IMG/VR virus record: IMGVR_UViG_3300029913_000001
Direction: 5' to 3' (one strand)
DNA from: a virus
Lineage: Duplodnaviria; Caudoviricetes
Length of the DNA: 64,000 nt
Shown: one piece after another, positions 18,848 through 29,909 of the stretch
Numbering within the stretch: position 1 is the stretch's first letter
How the letters are laid out: the number at the start of each line of letters is the position of its first letter
Translations under genes and position numbers: made by a program
The notes under the pieces: generated by a model
Databases searched by the model: none
The model's input: the letters and a program-made list of their open reading frames with translations, nothing else
Told to the model about the DNA's origin: nothing

Positions 18848-20149
18848 TTATTTGAAAAAATAATTTGCTTCTTCTATCTGTTCAACTGTAGCATTGGGAA
18901 AAAATAAATTTCTCATATTTTGAGCCATAGCCTTAGTTGGTAGATATACAATATTGTTATTATATGCTCCGGTTCTTAAGGAACTACGTAAAAGACCTTG
19001 ATATGAGTGAGATAGCGTATGATGCATTAAAATTTCGTCAGCATCGAATCCGAGATCTACCATTTTTTTCTGGTACGCGGGTGGCCACCTATAAGCACCA
19101 GATTCTCCGTAATTATGTGTACCAACATAGGTGTTTAATCCCTTAACTTCAAACGGCATAAAAATAGGATTTTTAATATGGGTAAATTTATTACCTTTAT
19201 TATTCTGTAACAAAATTTCGTTATCACCAATTGAATTTCCAACTAATAGATCGAATAATTCGAAATTGGTAAGAGTTGGTTCTATAAGATTTTTTGAGTT
19301 GTAGTAATTTTTACTCCATAGACTAATTTTTTCGGTCATCCATTTGATAGTAATAGGTTGATCGTGCTTATCAAATCTTTTAGGAATTACAAACTCTTCA
19401 ATTGCAATGCCTTTTAACTTAAAATAGGCTATGATTTTACTACGTTGAATTTCTGCGCCCATTAAATAAATGTTTTCAAAACCTTCAAATATGTTGGTAT
19501 TTAATTCAGCCCACATTTCGGCTTCGTAATTACCAAATTTAAAAGCTGTCAATGATGCAGTATCCGCATATATTTTCATATTGGGATTCAATATCAATTG
19601 AATAAATTTTTGGAATGGCGGGTAAATAAAATCGTCGCGAAAGCAAAGAGTTTTTAAAAATCGCTGATCTTCTTTTGAGAGACGTTTTCGCTTAATAGAC
19701 GTGTACCCACCGGCATTTATTTTGCAGGTACTAATTTTTTCAATATCTGCCATTAGGTCATTACCGAATTCATAACTTGATGCATCGTCCGAATCAAAAG
19801 TAATGAAGTCAGTTGGTTCTATTTCTTCATCAACAAAAACAGTCCAATTTTTTTTATTCGGAAAATTCAAAATATTCTTAAATGCCGCATGTGTAATAAT
19901 AAGGACTTCGCATCGTAATGGTATTGTTAGATATGCATTGATTGCCTTAGTAACACCCATACTGTCATTTTCCATATAATTGATAATTTTATATGGGGTA
20001 TTTCCCAATCGTTTAGCAATTTCGTATTGCAAATCGGTTGAGGGGGTTACGAAAAGCACTCGTTTTTTGTTATTAACGAGTTCTTTAGATAAGTTAACAG
20101 CAAAATATGTTTTGCCGGCCCCGCACAACGAATTAATATATCTTATCAT
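18848..20149 (-). CDS. SF2-like helicase / origin-binding-like protein
   Basis: Walker A SLCGAGKT, VLFVTPS, LIITH, Walker B VFVDE, motif VI-like YQGLLRSSLR. Confidence 0.65.
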   Translation of the reverse strand: MIRYINSLCGAGKTYFAVNLSKELVNNKKRVLFVTPSTDLQYEIAKRLGNTPYKIINYMENDSMGVTKAINAYLTIPLRCEVLIITHAAFKNILNFPNKKNWTVFVDEEIEPTDFITFDSDDASSYEFGNDLMADIEKISTCKINAGGYTSIKRKRLSKEDQRFLKTLCFRDDFIYPPFQKFIQLILNPNMKIYADTASLTAFKFGNYEAEMWAELNTNIFEGFENIYLMGAEIQRSKIIAYFKLKGIAIEEFVIPKRFDKHDQPITIKWMTEKISLWSKNYYNSKNLIEPTLTNFELFDLLVGNSIGDNEILLQNNKGNKFTHIKNPIFMPFEVKGLNTYVGTHNYGESGAYRWPPAYQKKMVDLGFDADEILMHHTLSHSYQGLLRSSLRTGAYNNNIVYLPTKAMAQNMRNLFFPNATVEQIEEANYFFK

Positions 20150-20155
20150 CGTTTG

Positions 20156-20184
20156 ATTATAATTGATTTTATGCCGAATGTCAA
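20156..20184 (-). promoter_or_regulatory. sigma70-type promoter
   Basis: TTGACA-17-TATAAT, ATG 6 nt downstream. Confidence 0.8.
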
Positions 20185-20744
20185 GCTATTAATTCCTTGA
20201 TAAGTGCATTGAATTTTTCTTCCGCCAAGAACATACATTTTCCAGTAATTAGTATTTCATTACCTGATGTAGTTGCCTTTAACAAATTATCCTGCCTAAA
20301 TGAATATAACGAAGTAAACTCGTTGGGATCCATGTCTATAATTTTAGGTGCGTATTTTGAATATTTGCCCTGATCATAATTCGTATATAAATCTTGCATC
20401 GTTTCTGACCATGTGAACTCGAAGTTATTGAATGGGAAGGTTATGAAAATTTTTCCATATCTATTTGCCACAGATCTTTTATTTGTGCAGAAAATACTAT
20501 TCGATCGTAGAGCCTTAAATCCTGCTGCTGATAATTTTTCATCAAATATTTTTTGTTGTTTAATAGAAAATGACATTGGGTGCCTATCGGCAACCTTAGA
20601 AATAATAAACATATTTTCTAATCGGTGTGATCCGTGATAAAGAAATTCACCCGAAGATTTGTAGAAATCAACAATTTGAGAGCAAGATTTGCTGATAAAT
20701 TTTTTAATATTATTGAGGTCTGGAGTAATTTCAAATTCTCTCAT
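20181..20744 (-). CDS. ART-like paralog 7 (LYHG variant)
   Basis: MREFEI start; LYHG...GFKALRSNSIFCTN...YGKIFITFPFNNFEFTW...EILITGK. Confidence 0.7.
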   Translation of the reverse strand: MREFEITPDLNNIKKFISKSCSQIVDFYKSSGEFLYHGSHRLENMFIISKVADRHPMSFSIKQQKIFDEKLSAAGFKALRSNSIFCTNKRSVANRYGKIFITFPFNNFEFTWSETMQDLYTNYDQGKYSKYAPKIIDMDPNEFTSLYSFRQDNLLKATTSGNEILITGKCMFLAEEKFNALIKELIA

Positions 20745-22474
20745 TAATATCCTATTGCTATCCAGAACGCAGTTTCCCCACTACCACCGCAAATTATATT
20801 AAAATGATCGGAATCTGTTGGCGCTGCCGCCATTGGTTGGGGTACTCCTAGTGTTACACGCGGCCCGTTATCGGTAGCAACCATTCCAAAACAAGCATGG
20901 GTAAATGGGGTAGTAAAGGGAAAATTTTGTGTAGTATTATCCACAAGTGACGGAGTCGTACCCCATTGCAAGATTAGGCCACCCGGAAAATATTGATATC
21001 CATTGCCGCTAAGAGCATGAGTTAAAAATGAATTAAGATTGTAGTTACCCCATGCTGCTAATGCCGAGCCTGCATTTATAAGCGGAGATCCTACAGAAGG
21101 TGGCGCTGCCGTAGGTAATGATATTTGGCCCGCACCTCCTTGATTAATTACCGTAGTTCCTTGAATGTGTAAATCACTTTGCGCAGTAACTAGTGCGTCT
21201 AGAGTTGAAACACCATCTACTGAAAGTTGATTTTGTACCGTAAGAGTGCCATTAACAGTGGTGTCACCAACCGAATCAATTGTTAATAGATTAGTGCTGC
21301 CGCCAAAAGTTTGAACTACAAGAGCTTTTGGTGCGGTCGCGCCGGGCTGTATTGTTACATAACTTGCCGTTTCCGCTCCTGTAATCAGCCCGCCTAGTAT
21401 AGCAGTACCCAATACAGAAAGATTTTCTGAAATTAATAATGATTCACTAATAGCAGCCGAATTTGCTACCGTTAACGGACCAATTATATTTGCACCGGTT
21501 GAATTTACATTGCCTGCTATATCAACAGTATCGTAAACTTCAATATTTTCAACATTTAAAGTATTTGGAATTATTACATTCTCACCCGTGCTATCTAATG
21601 TTAGATTAGCAGTAGCGGATAAAATACCATTTTGATTAAACAATACTTGATTATTACTGCCAGGTACAGTACTATAAAGCGAATTAGCTACAACTAAATT
21701 ATTTATATACACGGTACCAGTTATATTTGCTAATTCTCCTGCAACCAACGTGTTTCCATTAGTAGCATAAAGAACATTGCCATTGTTAACCGATAGTACT
21801 GTATTGTCATTAACATCAATAGACATGCGAAGTTGGTCATTGTCGCCAATTGATATATCGTTGACGTTATAAATTCCGCTGCCGGTAATACCGTGCGTCG
21901 GTGAAGTGACAAAATTTATGCCGGGTCTAATATTTCCAAACCCTGCTATACCTGGACTAATGAGATTATCTGAAGAGACAATAGCAATAAGATTATCATT
22001 AGCATATAATTCTAGATAGATAATATTACTATTAGACGCTAATGCAGTTACCACAAATCCTTCTAGCCCGGTGCCTTCACTTCCCGGAGGCCCAATTAAA
22101 ATCCATTGATTAAGAGTTATATCCCATACAAAAAGTTGTTTATGTACGGTGTCAAACCATTCGTCACCTTCTAATGGATTTAATGGGGCTACCGCGCCGG
22201 TAGTAATAACACTTATTGGTTTGAAAATTGTTCCATTCCAGAACTTAATGATATTAGAAACGCTATCGAACCAAAATTGTCCTATGAATGGATTTGGGGG
22301 AGGGGTAGAGTTTGCAAAATTTTCAGTTATTCTAACTAAATCTTCATTTAAGACCGTACCGAAACCTGGATATTTTTTTCCGATAAGAGTAAGGCCGCCA
22401 TAAGCAGATACCATTTGAGAATCGGGGACGTTTGTTAAAATATTTCCATTAGTTAAATTTACTTTATATCCCAT
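20744..22474 (-). CDS. tail fibre / short fibre-like structural protein
   Basis: LTLIGKKYPGFG...ENFA, PxxGQFWFD repeats, C-terminal YQYFPGGLILQWG fibre-tip motif. Confidence 0.75.
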   Translation of the reverse strand: MGYKVNLTNGNILTNVPDSQMVSAYGGLTLIGKKYPGFGTVLNEDLVRITENFANSTPPPNPFIGQFWFDSVSNIIKFWNGTIFKPISVITTGAVAPLNPLEGDEWFDTVHKQLFVWDITLNQWILIGPPGSEGTGLEGFVVTALASNSNIIYLELYANDNLIAIVSSDNLISPGIAGFGNIRPGINFVTSPTHGITGSGIYNVNDISIGDNDQLRMSIDVNDNTVLSVNNGNVLYATNGNTLVAGELANITGTVYINNLVVANSLYSTVPGSNNQVLFNQNGILSATANLTLDSTGENVIIPNTLNVENIEVYDTVDIAGNVNSTGANIIGPLTVANSAAISESLLISENLSVLGTAILGGLITGAETASYVTIQPGATAPKALVVQTFGGSTNLLTIDSVGDTTVNGTLTVQNQLSVDGVSTLDALVTAQSDLHIQGTTVINQGGAGQISLPTAAPPSVGSPLINAGSALAAWGNYNLNSFLTHALSGNGYQYFPGGLILQWGTTPSLVDNTTQNFPFTTPFTHACFGMVATDNGPRVTLGVPQPMAAAPTDSDHFNIICGGSGETAFWIAIGY

Positions 22475-22483
22475 TAGTATTCC

Positions 22484-23092
22484 TTATGCCGCGAGTGAAG
22501 ATAGTGTTGATATACGAATCGTATAAGTTATGTTAAGCAGACGATTAGCGCTTTTTAAAACGGGGGTAAAGATTACATGTGTTAACAATTGCCCGGAACT
22601 ACTAACGATTCCCATTTCGTCAAATGCATATTGGCTATTAATATTATTTGAATTATCAAATGCTATTTGATTAGCCGGCTCACCGTAATTTAACATACAT
22701 GATATTACCATATCTGTATATGCTTTCCCGGGAACATGGTCGTACGTAATATTATTATCTGTTGAATCGGTATCGGCTGAAAAATTATTGTTTATTATTT
22801 TGCTATACGTTTGATTATATAATGCTGCGGCTGTGCCAATAGTGTTTGGAGGATTATAGGTTATAATACCCGAACTGCTAACCGTTGTTCCGCCATTGCC
22901 GAACGCTAATGAATACACAAATCCAGTTTGACTATAGGTAGAAGCATTAAGCGGCCCACTTATGAGACTTTGTACAATAGCGACAGACATTGTTTCAAAG
23001 TTAATAGAATTTGACTTGTCAACTAAAATTTCTTTGGTTATTGGGTCGATAATTTTAAGATGACCGCTTAAAATAATATTTTCGTTTTCCAT
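22484..23092 (-). CDS. baseplate/tail-associated structural protein
   Basis: GHLKIIDP, LAFGNGGT, FDEMG, FTPVLKSANR; structural context. Confidence 0.65.
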   Translation of the reverse strand: MENENIILSGHLKIIDPITKEILVDKSNSINFETMSVAIVQSLISGPLNASTYSQTGFVYSLAFGNGGTTVSSSGIITYNPPNTIGTAAALYNQTYSKIINNNFSADTDSTDNNITYDHVPGKAYTDMVISCMLNYGEPANQIAFDNSNNINSQYAFDEMGIVSSSGQLLTHVIFTPVLKSANRLLNITYTIRISTLSSLAA

Positions 23093-23221
23093 TTATACTC
23101 TCTGGTTAATGCATATTTTACTATTTGTTAGTATTATATTGCCGTTGTCTTTTTTTTCGATTATAATTATCTTAAGGTGTTCAACCGCAGTAATAATCGG
23201 AATTTCATTTGGCTTCATCAT
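23093..23221 (-). CDS. small structural-region protein (42 aa)
   Basis: MMKPNEIPIITAVEHLKII; resembles the N-terminus of the downstream gene; TAAATA upstream. Confidence 0.5.
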   Translation of the reverse strand: MMKPNEIPIITAVEHLKIIIIEKKDNGNIILTNSKICINQRV

Positions 23222-23225
23222 ATAT

Positions 23226-24842
23226 TTATGCCGGGATAAATGCACCTTGTGAAAGCAAAAATGTCGAAATTGCAGAATTTGAATTAGCTAATGGAACATT
23301 AGCCGAATCATACCACGAGGTTGAACCCGGATTCGCGGTAACTTGTTGGGTGAACGATGCCACCACGATTTGTGAATTAGCTAAATGAACATTTGGTATA
23401 CCTGTGCCGGAAGTGCCGCGCATTAATCCCGATAAAATATTACTTGTTCGATTAATATATAGATAAGTTATACATTCGCCATTTATAAAAACTTGCCCTC
23501 GAAGATTAGCCGCTAATACGGGAGTTATAAATTGATTGGTATTTTGAACAGATATAGTTGAATCAGTTGAATTAAGATTGGCAGTTAATGTGGATACCGC
23601 ATTTGCTCCTAGGCTATAATACGTAACGTCGCCAGTTAAAGTAATAACTACATTACTATTTGCCGGTATATCAGACGGCAAAACTAAATTATTATTTTTA
23701 ATGGACCAGCTAGCCGATGGAAGACTTATTCCATCGATTTGTATAGTAGCTGAGTCATTATCTAATGTACTCCATGGCACTTTATAGATAAAGGAATTTG
23801 CTGTAGTAAATTGATAAGAATCGAATGGGCCAATCGAAATGCTATCTTTGAAAATTCTATAGCCTAATAATAAGGCATTTGCGTTAAAATAAGGATTAGC
23901 TATATTAGAAATTGGAGCAGAGATATTTGATATATTTGAACTTAAATATGAACAGTTTGCATTTTGAAAAACATCGATCTCTAGAGTATCAAAAATTTGT
24001 CCCTCTATTCGTTCTTCGGGAGCATGACTAGTCATGCTATCTACAAATCCTCCACCGTAAATATTAATATCTTGCGCTCGGGTACCTAAAGTAGTATCCG
24101 TTGATAGACTATAAATAGAATTTTGCTCGTTTAAAGTTACTACATGCCGCGCAACCCCTTTTGTTACTCGAATATCACCGAATTTTCCTAATAATGGATT
24201 TTCCCCATTTTTGTTGGCGCCAATAGTTAATAGCGCCGGACCATTGGTCCGATTAAGTACCTGATACGGGGGTATCGAATTTGTTATTAATTGATCGGGA
24301 ATACTAATTAATGCGGTAGCAGCGTTACCTTGTAATACTCCGTCTAAGAATAAATAACATTTGCTGTCTTTACGTTCAACACTAACAAAATGGGTAGTAG
24401 TTTCAGAAACTTGATTCCCTAGTATTGAAAATAATATCTCGCAGGCCTCTACTAGAACAGTTCCAGATACGATTACATCGCTAGACAATGTTACATTTCC
24501 ATTAATAAAAGTATATTGATCGGTAGCTAATAATGTGCCGTTATAAAATATTTTAATATTACTGGCTTCGGCTCCTGGTAATTGGAAAAAATTGTTGCCG
24601 CTCGAAAGAATTATTGGCCAGCTACTTTGAAGGGCATATGTATTAATATTTCCATTTTCCAATAATGTAACGAATCTAGTTTTTTTGTATAAATCGGTAG
24701 CCGAGGATTCATTATTAGTAATTTCGAATAATGTTTGCGCCCCAATGTGGCTAAAGGTCTCGACGAAAAATTCTATCGTGAAATCTTGATAACCAAAATT
24801 ATAATCGCTATCGCCTATCGCTCTTGCGTATCCGTTGCCCAC
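23226..24842 (-). CDS. structural protein with LamG/concanavalin-like domain
   Basis: DFTIEFF, HFVSVER, LFLDG, LTIGA, GKFGDIRVTKG; GTG start. Confidence 0.7.
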   Translation of the reverse strand: MGNGYARAIGDSDYNFGYQDFTIEFFVETFSHIGAQTLFEITNNESSATDLYKKTRFVTLLENGNINTYALQSSWPIILSSGNNFFQLPGAEASNIKIFYNGTLLATDQYTFINGNVTLSSDVIVSGTVLVEACEILFSILGNQVSETTTHFVSVERKDSKCYLFLDGVLQGNAATALISIPDQLITNSIPPYQVLNRTNGPALLTIGANKNGENPLLGKFGDIRVTKGVARHVVTLNEQNSIYSLSTDTTLGTRAQDINIYGGGFVDSMTSHAPEERIEGQIFDTLEIDVFQNANCSYLSSNISNISAPISNIANPYFNANALLLGYRIFKDSISIGPFDSYQFTTANSFIYKVPWSTLDNDSATIQIDGISLPSASWSIKNNNLVLPSDIPANSNVVITLTGDVTYYSLGANAVSTLTANLNSTDSTISVQNTNQFITPVLAANLRGQVFINGECITYLYINRTSNILSGLMRGTSGTGIPNVHLANSQIVVASFTQQVTANPGSTSWYDSANVPLANSNSAISTFLLSQGAFIPA

Positions 24843-24850
24843 TGTTCCTC

Positions 24851-27800
24851 TTATTGATTCAAAGTTAATGCCATTATTAAGCTGTTTTGTGGTTGTATAT
24901 TAGTATTTAATAGAGAAGAATCTATTTTAAGATTCGACCCATAATTGACTAACTCTAATTGTTTTTGATTCCAGGATAAATCGTTAATATATGTTACTGA
25001 ATTAACCGCTTCGAAAGTAATAGTTGGACTAGCCTCGTTATTTAACGATTCAAATCCATAAATTATTGGAGTGTATGGTAAATTAAAATATGGATCTCCT
25101 GCTAAATTTCTAGGGAATGGCTGATTTGGAATAGGAATTATTATTGTTCCCGGCGTATATCTAGTAATGCCTGTCGTCCATCGTAATTCATCGAGGTATC
25201 CAGAAAAAATATTTGCACCTGAAATTTCAGCTCCTATAGTTAGACTTGAATCCGAAAAAATTGGTAACCCAATATTTGCGACAGATTCGTTTAACATTCC
25301 ATTAAAATATATATAAAGATTATTGCCGTTGCCCTGTACAGTAATATAAGTCCAGTCATTGATAGTTACTGGGAGAAGACTAGATATGAATGCATTACTT
25401 GTGTTTTCACCAAAGCAAATATAATTTGCACTATTTTTATAAATAACCATCCCATTATTACTAGAATTATTTAACCGGGTATCAATCAACGTCATAATAT
25501 TTGAATTGATATTTGAAAAGTTACAGAAAAATTCAATAGTAAAAATATTGGAAGTATTTCCTAAATCATTTATATCAGGACTTGCTTGATTTGCCGTTAT
25601 ATACTGGGATGATGCGCCCCCAAAATACCCGGACGAATTTCCAAACCTAGCATTGACCATAGATAATCCTGTATTAGTTATAAGATTTGGATGCCATGCA
25701 ACATTAAGAGATGTAAACTCAGAATCGTCATCTATATCATATAGAGATCCGGTTGGAATTGAGTACGTTTGAACCATGTCTCCGCCATTAACAAAAACAC
25801 CTGGATACTCCACGTTATTCATTAATAGTCGCGCCTGATTTGCAAACATATTATTTGTTGGTTCATATAATGCTGTAATTCTATTCATTGCCGTTGATTC
25901 AGCAATAGAATTATTATTTGCTATATTTCTTTGGAAATTAACACTAAATGTCGCGCCGTAACCAATAGAATTCACGGTAATATCAGTCGTTAACACATTT
26001 GCGATGTTGGACGGAAAAGAAGTATAATATTCGTCTTCTGCGGGTACTAATGAAAAAGTTGATATAGAATTATTATGTGAACTATCAATCGATGTAACTA
26101 ATATAGTTGCACTATTTGAATATGTTCCTCCTTCCAAGTTTAATAGGTCAAATACTTTATAATGCTGTCCGGAGTTAACTAGCTCAACATTAGCAACTGA
26201 AAAAATTGCACCTTCAACGAAAGCGCTATTGGCGGTATCATATAAGACCGAGCTAACAGGATAAGAAACATTCGCATCTAGATATTCGATGGAAGAACTT
26301 ACACGATCAAAGCGCAATGTCGTATCTATTGACCTAATAAGACTACTATTGTTAATGTAATTATTGTTCCATGCTGAATAAACTGGTAATTGTAAGGTTA
26401 CTGGATCCGAACTAACAGATCCGTCTGGGGTTCTAATAAACCCGTTAACGGTATCTATTACAGGAAGGAAGGGAATAGTTATATTTCCGTTGGAATATAC
26501 AGGAATATTATTACCATTTATATAGGTATACGCGGTATTAAACGGTATTCCGTTATAATTTGGTCCCAGTACGTATGGATAAGTTGGTACATTATTGTTA
26601 TCAACTGTAATAAAATATGCATAAATTCCGTTTGGATATTCCGGGGTAACACATTGACGACCATTATTTTCGTCTAATGTACCTAAATTAGCAACATAAT
26701 TAAAATCTTGAATATATTTGCCGGAAGGCGCCGAATAAATTGCTAACTGCAAGCCGTTAACAATAGGTTGCCCACTCGCATCTAATCTAGGGATTAATGA
26801 CAACTCATAACTACTAGTATTTTTAATTATTCCCCCGGTGCCATTGGCATTTGCAAATCCGTATGGGCCATAAATTGGACTACCGTCCCATGCATATCCT
26901 ATTATTGGGCTATGAGAAGAAGAATTTTTAGTGTATAACAAATACGGATCCGAAAAATATTGAAAAACACCATTTTCATTTGGATAACCGGCACCGGGGT
27001 CTAGACCATCTTGTATTGCTTCCCATACCGAATTTATTGTTAATGTTTGTTGATTTGCTATATTTCCTAGTTGATAGAGTGTTTCGTTTTCACCACTGTT
27101 GGAGCTATAAAATGGAATTCCATTTGTAGCTAATGCCTCTGGCCCGTTAACATTAATAATAGTGGTAAATGTAGTATTGGCGGTTTGAATACTTTGTGGA
27201 AAGCCAAAGGACCAATTTTGCGGTTCTACCGCGGTTTCATCATCTACCTGAGGAAAGTTAGTTGCATAATTTGGTAACCCATTACTTGTAACATAAAAAG
27301 AGGTTGCGTCTGCGAAGACGCCGGTTATATTTGAAAACTGGCTTAGTTGTAACAGACCATTTGGTCGTACGTTATTAGTATATTCTAGAACAATATTTGC
27401 ATAATTATTATCGTATTGTGCAGGTAAATCAAAATCTGATATTCCTATATTTGCATAATCGTCAGATGTGTATGTATCATTGAATTGACGTATTCGAGTA
27501 TGGAATGGAGTAGTCTCTTGAATAAAATTTTCTATTGTTGATTGATTGTCTGGCTCATAATTTCCTTGAATATTAAGACTACGATTTGTATAATTCACAG
27601 ATACGAAACTAGTTTTAAATAACCAATCAAGATTTTTATTTTCAGACATAATATATTGGATAACCGCATAAAATGCCCGATCGGCAGCCTTAGTAAGATC
27701 ATCGTTTCCAACTAAAATCATGTCGTTAAGAATGCTGGTTATCATTCTAATTTCGAGATATGGATCATTATCAAATGGTTCCGCGTCAAAGGAAGACACA

Positions 27801-29830
27801 TCAAACCCAATGCCAGAAGAAATAAAATCATAAAGATTTGGTAAAAATTGAATAGAGCCATTGTGAATTAAAATAGGTTCTAGTTCAAGTATATTTGAAT
27901 CTAAAGAATTTGCGGTTGCTAGATATATGCTACTATTACCGTTTTCCCCATTAATTTGAACAACGTCATTAAGTTTATAGGTAATTTGAGGAAGATCACC
28001 GATTGAATTTAGGCTGTAAGTTGGCTGAGTCGAAATATAATCTGGGGAATACCAATCAATATATTTCCAGTTCTTACTAAGATCATATAATTGCGTTTGT
28101 ACGATTTGCCACTCACCATTTGATACGGCTACTATTGACCAATAATTATTAAGAGTAGAATCTTCGGTTAATAAAATTCGGTAATTTTCAGGAAAAAGAG
28201 TAATGTCTAGTTGATTAAGAATAGTTCTATTCGACAGTTGTTGAGAAAAACCCGAAATAGGTAATGGATCGCTCGCGCTTAATGCAGATATAATTGCGCT
28301 AGATGTCACTGCTAAATTTGCTAATTGTGAATTAATAACAGAATAATAAATGTCTAGTGCTGTTACTCGATTAACAAAAATTGATTGAACCGGGTTTTCT
28401 AAGATTCCGGTTTGCTGACTACTAGGTAATGTAATGTCGGGTACTAGAAGGTCGAATGAGGTAACTCCAGTTAAACTATCGATAAATTTTTGATAGATTG
28501 GAGTGTGATACCATGACTTTGTACCATCGTTACTAATTAACGCAAATTCATTGTGGGGTTGATTATCGGCAGATTCTAGAACATAATCTATATGTAAAAT
28601 AACGGTGTTTGCAGATATAAATTGGTTAATATTCCACACAGCGACGGCATTAGTATCGATAGCCGTTAACATAGGAATTCCAGAATTTGGAATATTTGCC
28701 AAGGCAGATATTAATTGATCAGTAGACATATCATGTCTTGTACCGGGCAGAGTTTTATCATATACCCAGAATCCATAGGGAGCATTAGATGCTGCGTCAA
28801 ATGTATATGGACAATTGGGGTCGGTTATATATCCGTTTGCATCCGAACTTGAATATGCTGCGGGTGGAACAGCGCTAGATACCCACTCATATACTTCGAT
28901 TTGGGAGTTTGGGAACCATTGATTCCAATCAGATGCCCGTTGTGAAATCGTGCCTAATTGTGCATTTACTGTCTTAAGATTTTGTGTCTTGAACCAGGTT
29001 TTTCCTAGTTGAGCGTTTCCCCATTTTTCATTACCCGGGCTAGTAAAGGTGTTTTTAGATTCAATTAATGTCCATAACTTACTGTTAAAAACGCTTCCAC
29101 TTTTTCCAGCGTGCAGGGCTTGATAAAGTAATCCACCGTAAAGCACACGATCGCTAATGTTATACAATGCTCCAGGCATCCAATTTGGAATATTATAAAT
29201 TGCTGGATCATTGTCACATATATAATCTAAATTTTCATCAAGTGTACCTGGTAATATGCCAGATGATAGGTCGACTACTTCTAGATCAACTAATTTAATT
29301 TTGGTAACAGAGTCATAAATCCAAGCTCTGCTTATGCTAGCCGGGTCAATAGGCAGCTCTTGTGAAGTTTCGACAGTCCAACCATGCGATAAATTTGTAT
29401 TATTAAAAATTTTTATTGTTTCTTCGGGATTTGCCGAATCGGTAATAAAAATGTTTTCGATATTTCCAGCATATATTAGATTCGGCTGAACACTTTTTTC
29501 TAGAATAATATTGTTAACAGGGGTAAGCTGAATTATATCCTGTGTAGAATCTACCCAGGTTCTTTTCGTTGTTAATACCTGATAAATTGTAATATTTTGA
29601 GCGGATTCAGTTGTTAATTCTATAAACTTATTTTGTAACCCATCAAAGTATGTACCGTCCAAAAAAGAATCTTCGGGGTTTGGCACGGATTGATTGTTTA
29701 TAGTTTTAACGGTGCCAATAAGATCGGGTCCTAACCATTTGGTGTTTTGTCCCACTTGCTGAAATACAGAGTCCGACGGAACAATAGAATCAACCAATAC
29801 GAATTTACTGAATACGCTTTGACTTATCAC
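24851..29830 (-). CDS. large baseplate wedge-like protein with YHYH-like and LamG domains
   Basis: 1659 aa; KPYH-like TPFHTRIR, HSPIIGYAWDGSPIYGPYG...LDENNGR..TPEYPNG, FTIEF...FSGYLDELR. Confidence 0.7.
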   Translation of the reverse strand: MISQSVFSKFVLVDSIVPSDSVFQQVGQNTKWLGPDLIGTVKTINNQSVPNPEDSFLDGTYFDGLQNKFIELTTESAQNITIYQVLTTKRTWVDSTQDIIQLTPVNNIILEKSVQPNLIYAGNIENIFITDSANPEETIKIFNNTNLSHGWTVETSQELPIDPASISRAWIYDSVTKIKLVDLEVVDLSSGILPGTLDENLDYICDNDPAIYNIPNWMPGALYNISDRVLYGGLLYQALHAGKSGSVFNSKLWTLIESKNTFTSPGNEKWGNAQLGKTWFKTQNLKTVNAQLGTISQRASDWNQWFPNSQIEVYEWVSSAVPPAAYSSSDANGYITDPNCPYTFDAASNAPYGFWVYDKTLPGTRHDMSTDQLISALANIPNSGIPMLTAIDTNAVAVWNINQFISANTVILHIDYVLESADNQPHNEFALISNDGTKSWYHTPIYQKFIDSLTGVTSFDLLVPDITLPSSQQTGILENPVQSIFVNRVTALDIYYSVINSQLANLAVTSSAIISALSASDPLPISGFSQQLSNRTILNQLDITLFPENYRILLTEDSTLNNYWSIVAVSNGEWQIVQTQLYDLSKNWKYIDWYSPDYISTQPTYSLNSIGDLPQITYKLNDVVQINGENGNSSIYLATANSLDSNILELEPILIHNGSIQFLPNLYDFISSGIGFDVSSFDAEPFDNDPYLEIRMITSILNDMILVGNDDLTKAADRAFYAVIQYIMSENKNLDWLFKTSFVSVNYTNRSLNIQGNYEPDNQSTIENFIQETTPFHTRIRQFNDTYTSDDYANIGISDFDLPAQYDNNYANIVLEYTNNVRPNGLLQLSQFSNITGVFADATSFYVTSNGLPNYATNFPQVDDETAVEPQNWSFGFPQSIQTANTTFTTIINVNGPEALATNGIPFYSSNSGENETLYQLGNIANQQTLTINSVWEAIQDGLDPGAGYPNENGVFQYFSDPYLLYTKNSSSHSPIIGYAWDGSPIYGPYGFANANGTGGIIKNTSSYELSLIPRLDASGQPIVNGLQLAIYSAPSGKYIQDFNYVANLGTLDENNGRQCVTPEYPNGIYAYFITVDNNNVPTYPYVLGPNYNGIPFNTAYTYINGNNIPVYSNGNITIPFLPVIDTVNGFIRTPDGSVSSDPVTLQLPVYSAWNNNYINNSSLIRSIDTTLRFDRVSSSIEYLDANVSYPVSSVLYDTANSAFVEGAIFSVANVELVNSGQHYKVFDLLNLEGGTYSNSATILVTSIDSSHNNSISTFSLVPAEDEYYTSFPSNIANVLTTDITVNSIGYGATFSVNFQRNIANNNSIAESTAMNRITALYEPTNNMFANQARLLMNNVEYPGVFVNGGDMVQTYSIPTGSLYDIDDDSEFTSLNVAWHPNLITNTGLSMVNARFGNSSGYFGGASSQYITANQASPDINDLGNTSNIFTIEFFCNFSNINSNIMTLIDTRLNNSSNNGMVIYKNSANYICFGENTSNAFISSLLPVTINDWTYITVQGNGNNLYIYFNGMLNESVANIGLPIFSDSSLTIGAEISGANIFSGYLDELRWTTGITRYTPGTIIIPIPNQPFPRNLAGDPYFNLPYTPIIYGFESLNNEASPTITFEAVNSVTYINDLSWNQKQLELVNYGSNLKIDSSLLNTNIQPQNSLIMALTLNQ

Positions 29831-29909
29831 AGATTACTCCCTCTTCTTATTTATCCCCAATTATTGAGCTTGAATTGCCATATCTCTAACGGACATGGCA
29901 GTTCACGAT

